From an uncultured bacterium (GTDB lineage Bacteria; Chloroflexota; UBA5177; JANWHV01), in assembly GCA_963827235.1 (NCBI GenBank), contig CAWHAE010000012.1:864001-928000 (forward strand): a stretch of 64,000 bases of DNA. Direction: 5' to 3'. A program made the position numbers and the translations under genes. The notes under the pieces are model-generated. The model made no database searches and was not told the DNA's origin. It saw nothing but the letters and a program-made list of their open reading frames with translations. Shown piece after piece: positions 61,405 through 64,000 of the stretch; position 1 is the first letter of the stretch; the number at the start of each line of letters is the position of its first letter.

Positions 61405-62379
61405 TCAGACCTCGATCTTTGTGATTCTGCGCATCAGGAACGTGCCGATCGCCATGAAGAAGAACGAGACACCCATGAGCGGTAGCCCGCAGGTGTGGTC
61501 GGTCCAGAAGAAGCTGATGTACTTCGAATCGATCGTGTACAGAATGAACGCCAGGGCGAGCGGAAGGCCCGAGATGATGTAGCCCGAAAGGCTGGCCTGC
61601 GCGGTCAGCGTCTTGATCTCGCCCTTGATGCGGACACGCTCGCGAATGGTGTGCGCTATGGTGTCGAGGATGACAGATAGGTTGCCGCCGATCTCGCGCT
61701 GCACGTTGATCGCCATGACCATGATCTCCAGGTCGACGCTCTTGATGCGACGTACCAGGTTGGCGAGCGCTTCCTCGGGCGAAAGCCCAATACCCACTTC
61801 CTTGATCACGCGATTGAACTCGGTCGAAATGGGAGGAGTCATCTCTCGCGACACCAGCTCCATGCTCTGCAGCATGCTGTAGCCGGAGCGAAGGCTGTTG
61901 GCAAGCATGAGGATGGCGTCCGCGAGGTTGTTGTTGAAAAGCTTCAGTCGCTTGTTGGCCCTGTAGACCAGATACCAGCGAGGTAGTATCAGCCCGATGA
62001 CCCCAAAGACGACGATGTGCACCACGGAGCCGAACAGGACCGAGCCGATGAAGATGCCGAAAACAAACGCGCAGCTCCACAGAATGAGGTACTCGCCGAC
62101 CGTGAACTTCAAGTCCGCCCGCGAGAGCGCCGAGCGTAGGTTCTGCGCGAAATTCTGGTTCTGCACTGCGCGGTCGACCGTGCGCACGATCATGTCGCTA
62201 GCTTTTCCGCGCTCGCGCCGTGCCTGCTTGTCCTCGACGACGACGGCCTTCGCCTCGGTGTACCTGGTCAGGCGGCTGGCGATGCTGCCGCTGCCGTAGC
62301 CCATGCGCACGAACGTGGCGTACGCGAAGAAGAACACCGCCGCTGCCGCGAGGAGCGCCGCCAGGAGTGTCAGGAGCAT
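61405..62379 (-). CDS. tadB: Tad pilus assembly protein TadB
   Basis: ANSLRSGYS, VQREIGGNL, TIRER.RIKGEIKTLTAQ. Confidence 0.93.
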   Translation of the reverse strand: MLLTLLAALLAAAAVFFFAYATFVRMGYGSGSIASRLTRYTEAKAVVVEDKQARRERGKASDMIVRTVDRAVQNQNFAQNLRSALSRADLKFTVGEYLILWSCAFVFGIFIGSVLFGSVVHIVVFGVIGLILPRWYLVYRANKRLKLFNNNLADAILMLANSLRSGYSMLQSMELVSREMTPPISTEFNRVIKEVGIGLSPEEALANLVRRIKSVDLEIMVMAINVQREIGGNLSVILDTIAHTIRERVRIKGEIKTLTAQASLSGYIISGLPLALAFILYTIDSKYISFFWTDHTCGLPLMGVSFFFMAIGTFLMRRITKIEV

Positions 62380-62397
62380 TACCTACCTCCTCACTTC

Positions 62398-63933
62398 TCA
62401 GAAGATCCGGTCGAGTCCGAACACGCTTGGCGGCAAGTAGATGCCGTTTTCTTCGAACTTCTCGATGAACTTCGGGCGAATTCCCGTTGGCCGCAGGCGG
62501 CCAACAATGCGCCCGCGCTCGTCAACACCGCTCTGTTCGAACACAAAGATGTCCTGCAGGATTATGACGTCGCCTTCCATCCCCTGTACCTCGGAGATGT
62601 TCGTGACCTTGCGCGTGCCGTCCTTCATGCGCGCCTGCTGCACGATCAGCTCGATTGCCTTTGAAACCTGCTCGCGAATTGCACGAAGGGGCAGGTCCAT
62701 GCCCGCCATCAGGCACATCGTCTCCAGACGAGACAACGTGTCACGAGGTGTGTTGGAGTGCAGCGTGGTCATGGACCCGTCGTGGCCCGTGTTCATGGCC
62801 TGCAACATGTCGAGCGCCTCACCGCCTCGGCACTCGCCGACGATGATGCGCTCAGGTCGCATGCGCAGCGAGTTCCGCACCAGGTCGCGGATAGATACTT
62901 CGCCCTTGCCTTCGATGTTTGCAGAGCGCGCTTCAAGCGTGACGACGTGTTCCTGCCGTAGCTGAAGCTCGGCCGAGTCCTCGATCGTGATGATGCGCTC
63001 GTCGGAGGGTATGAAGCTCGACAGCACGTTCAGCAGCGTGGTCTTACCCGACCCGGTACCGCCGGCGACGATGACATTCAGTCGCGCCTCGACGGAAGCG
63101 CGCAGGAACGTGGTCATCTCCTGCGTGAGCGTGCCGAAGTTCACCAGGTCGTCAGGCGTCAGCGGATTGCGCGAGAACTTTCGGATAGTGATCGTCGGCC
63201 CAACCAGGCTGAGCGGAGGGATGATGATGTTCACGCGCGAGCCGTCCGGCAGACGCGCGTCAACGTAGGGGCTGCTTTCATCGCAACGCTTGCCGAGCGG
63301 GGATATGATTCGGTCGACCACGCGAACGACGTGATCGTCGTTGACAAACTGCACGTCCGTCTTGATCAGCTTGCCGGACCGCTCGATGTAGACCTGCTTC
63401 GGCCCGTTGACCATGACTTCGGTGATGGTGTCGTCGTCCAGCAGCGGCTGGATGGGGCCATAGCCGAGAATATCGGCAACGATCTGCTCGAACAACCGCG
63501 CCCGGTCCGCGCGCGTGAGCTGTGTGCCCTCGGTCTCCAGGGCAGACTCGAAGAGGGTCTGGATTCGCTTGCGCATCTCGCCAGCTTGCGAGAAGTCCGC
63601 GTTGGGCCCGATGTCCTGGATCAGCTTCTGCTGCACGCGGGAGCGGAGCTCGGAGAAGTTGTCGTGCTCGGGCGCGGCCGGGCGCCGCAGCGCGGCGATG
63701 CTGTCCAGTCCCTGCCGGACCGCCCGTCCGGATTGAGCCACCGCTCCATTACCTGCCAATGGCGAGGTAACCGGATACGAGGACGACGCGGGAATTCCGG
63801 CCGAAGTCAGCGCGCTTCCCAGACCTCCCGAGTTTGGTTGGGACCCCCCATTCGCGTTGGGAGGGGCTACCGGCACCATGGTCTCGCCAGGAACCCCGGT
63901 CGACGCACCTTCAATGCGCTTTAAGAGCGACAT
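62398..63933 (-). CDS. tadA: Tad pilus ATPase TadA/CpaF
   Basis: EVMVNG, VDARLPDGSR, GGTGSGKTT, TIEDSAEL, LRMRPERIIVGECRG, AMNTGHDG; GGAGG RBS. Confidence 0.96.
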   Translation of the reverse strand: MSLLKRIEGASTGVPGETMVPVAPPNANGGSQPNSGGLGSALTSAGIPASSSYPVTSPLAGNGAVAQSGRAVRQGLDSIAALRRPAAPEHDNFSELRSRVQQKLIQDIGPNADFSQAGEMRKRIQTLFESALETEGTQLTRADRARLFEQIVADILGYGPIQPLLDDDTITEVMVNGPKQVYIERSGKLIKTDVQFVNDDHVVRVVDRIISPLGKRCDESSPYVDARLPDGSRVNIIIPPLSLVGPTITIRKFSRNPLTPDDLVNFGTLTQEMTTFLRASVEARLNVIVAGGTGSGKTTLLNVLSSFIPSDERIITIEDSAELQLRQEHVVTLEARSANIEGKGEVSIRDLVRNSLRMRPERIIVGECRGGEALDMLQAMNTGHDGSMTTLHSNTPRDTLSRLETMCLMAGMDLPLRAIREQVSKAIELIVQQARMKDGTRKVTNISEVQGMEGDVIILQDIFVFEQSGVDERGRIVGRLRPTGIRPKFIEKFEENGIYLPPSVFGLDRIF

Positions 63934-64000
63934 CCGATAGCCTCCAGATCTGAGAGATGCACGCCGGGCTGCAACCCGGCAGAGAATGCAAACCGTACAT

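Overview
High-GC (roughly two-thirds G+C by eye) bacterial chromosomal window, most consistent with a Chloroflexota or other monoderm Terrabacteria genome. That assignment is an inference from GAAC-N4-GTTC SOS boxes, an actinobacterial-type fhaA-fhaB-rodA-pbpA cluster, pspA/pspAA/htpX/pspAB and a tad operon. About 50 CDS: a DUF2090 aldolase plus PfkB kinase pair, a LacI-sensor histidine kinase, gltB and a frameshifted gltD, a degenerate nucleoside hydrolase, ctaG, a large secreted repeat protein next to a degenerate ABC ATPase, a MalK/MsiK ATPase, azlCD, an SDR, a decayed Rhs/TA patch, an SOS-boxed radical SAM gene, a PAS kinase with a receiver, proS, a TPR protein, a GH38 plus URO-D-like pair, HipA-like kinase/DUF3037/murJ, GH3-LacI-OppABC glycan uptake genes, dedA, the fha/rodA/pbpA cluster, a rearranged Psp locus with duplicated pspAA, a tail-less SOS-boxed ssb, fused ahbAB, comF-DUF192, vapBC beside a transposon-end-like sequence, and tadCBA. 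I saw no rRNA, tRNA, CRISPR array or intact transposase. The best leads are (i) a three-member predicted LexA regulon that includes an uncharacterised family, (ii) a tad-DUF192-comF(-ssbB) competence-like locus interrupted by vapBC and a TGT-type transposon end, (iii) a URO-D-fold protein translationally coupled to a GH38 mannosidase within a glycan-utilisation region, and (iv) an Rhs scar with a possible orphan immunity gene. All family calls come from motif recognition by eye; no database searches were run.
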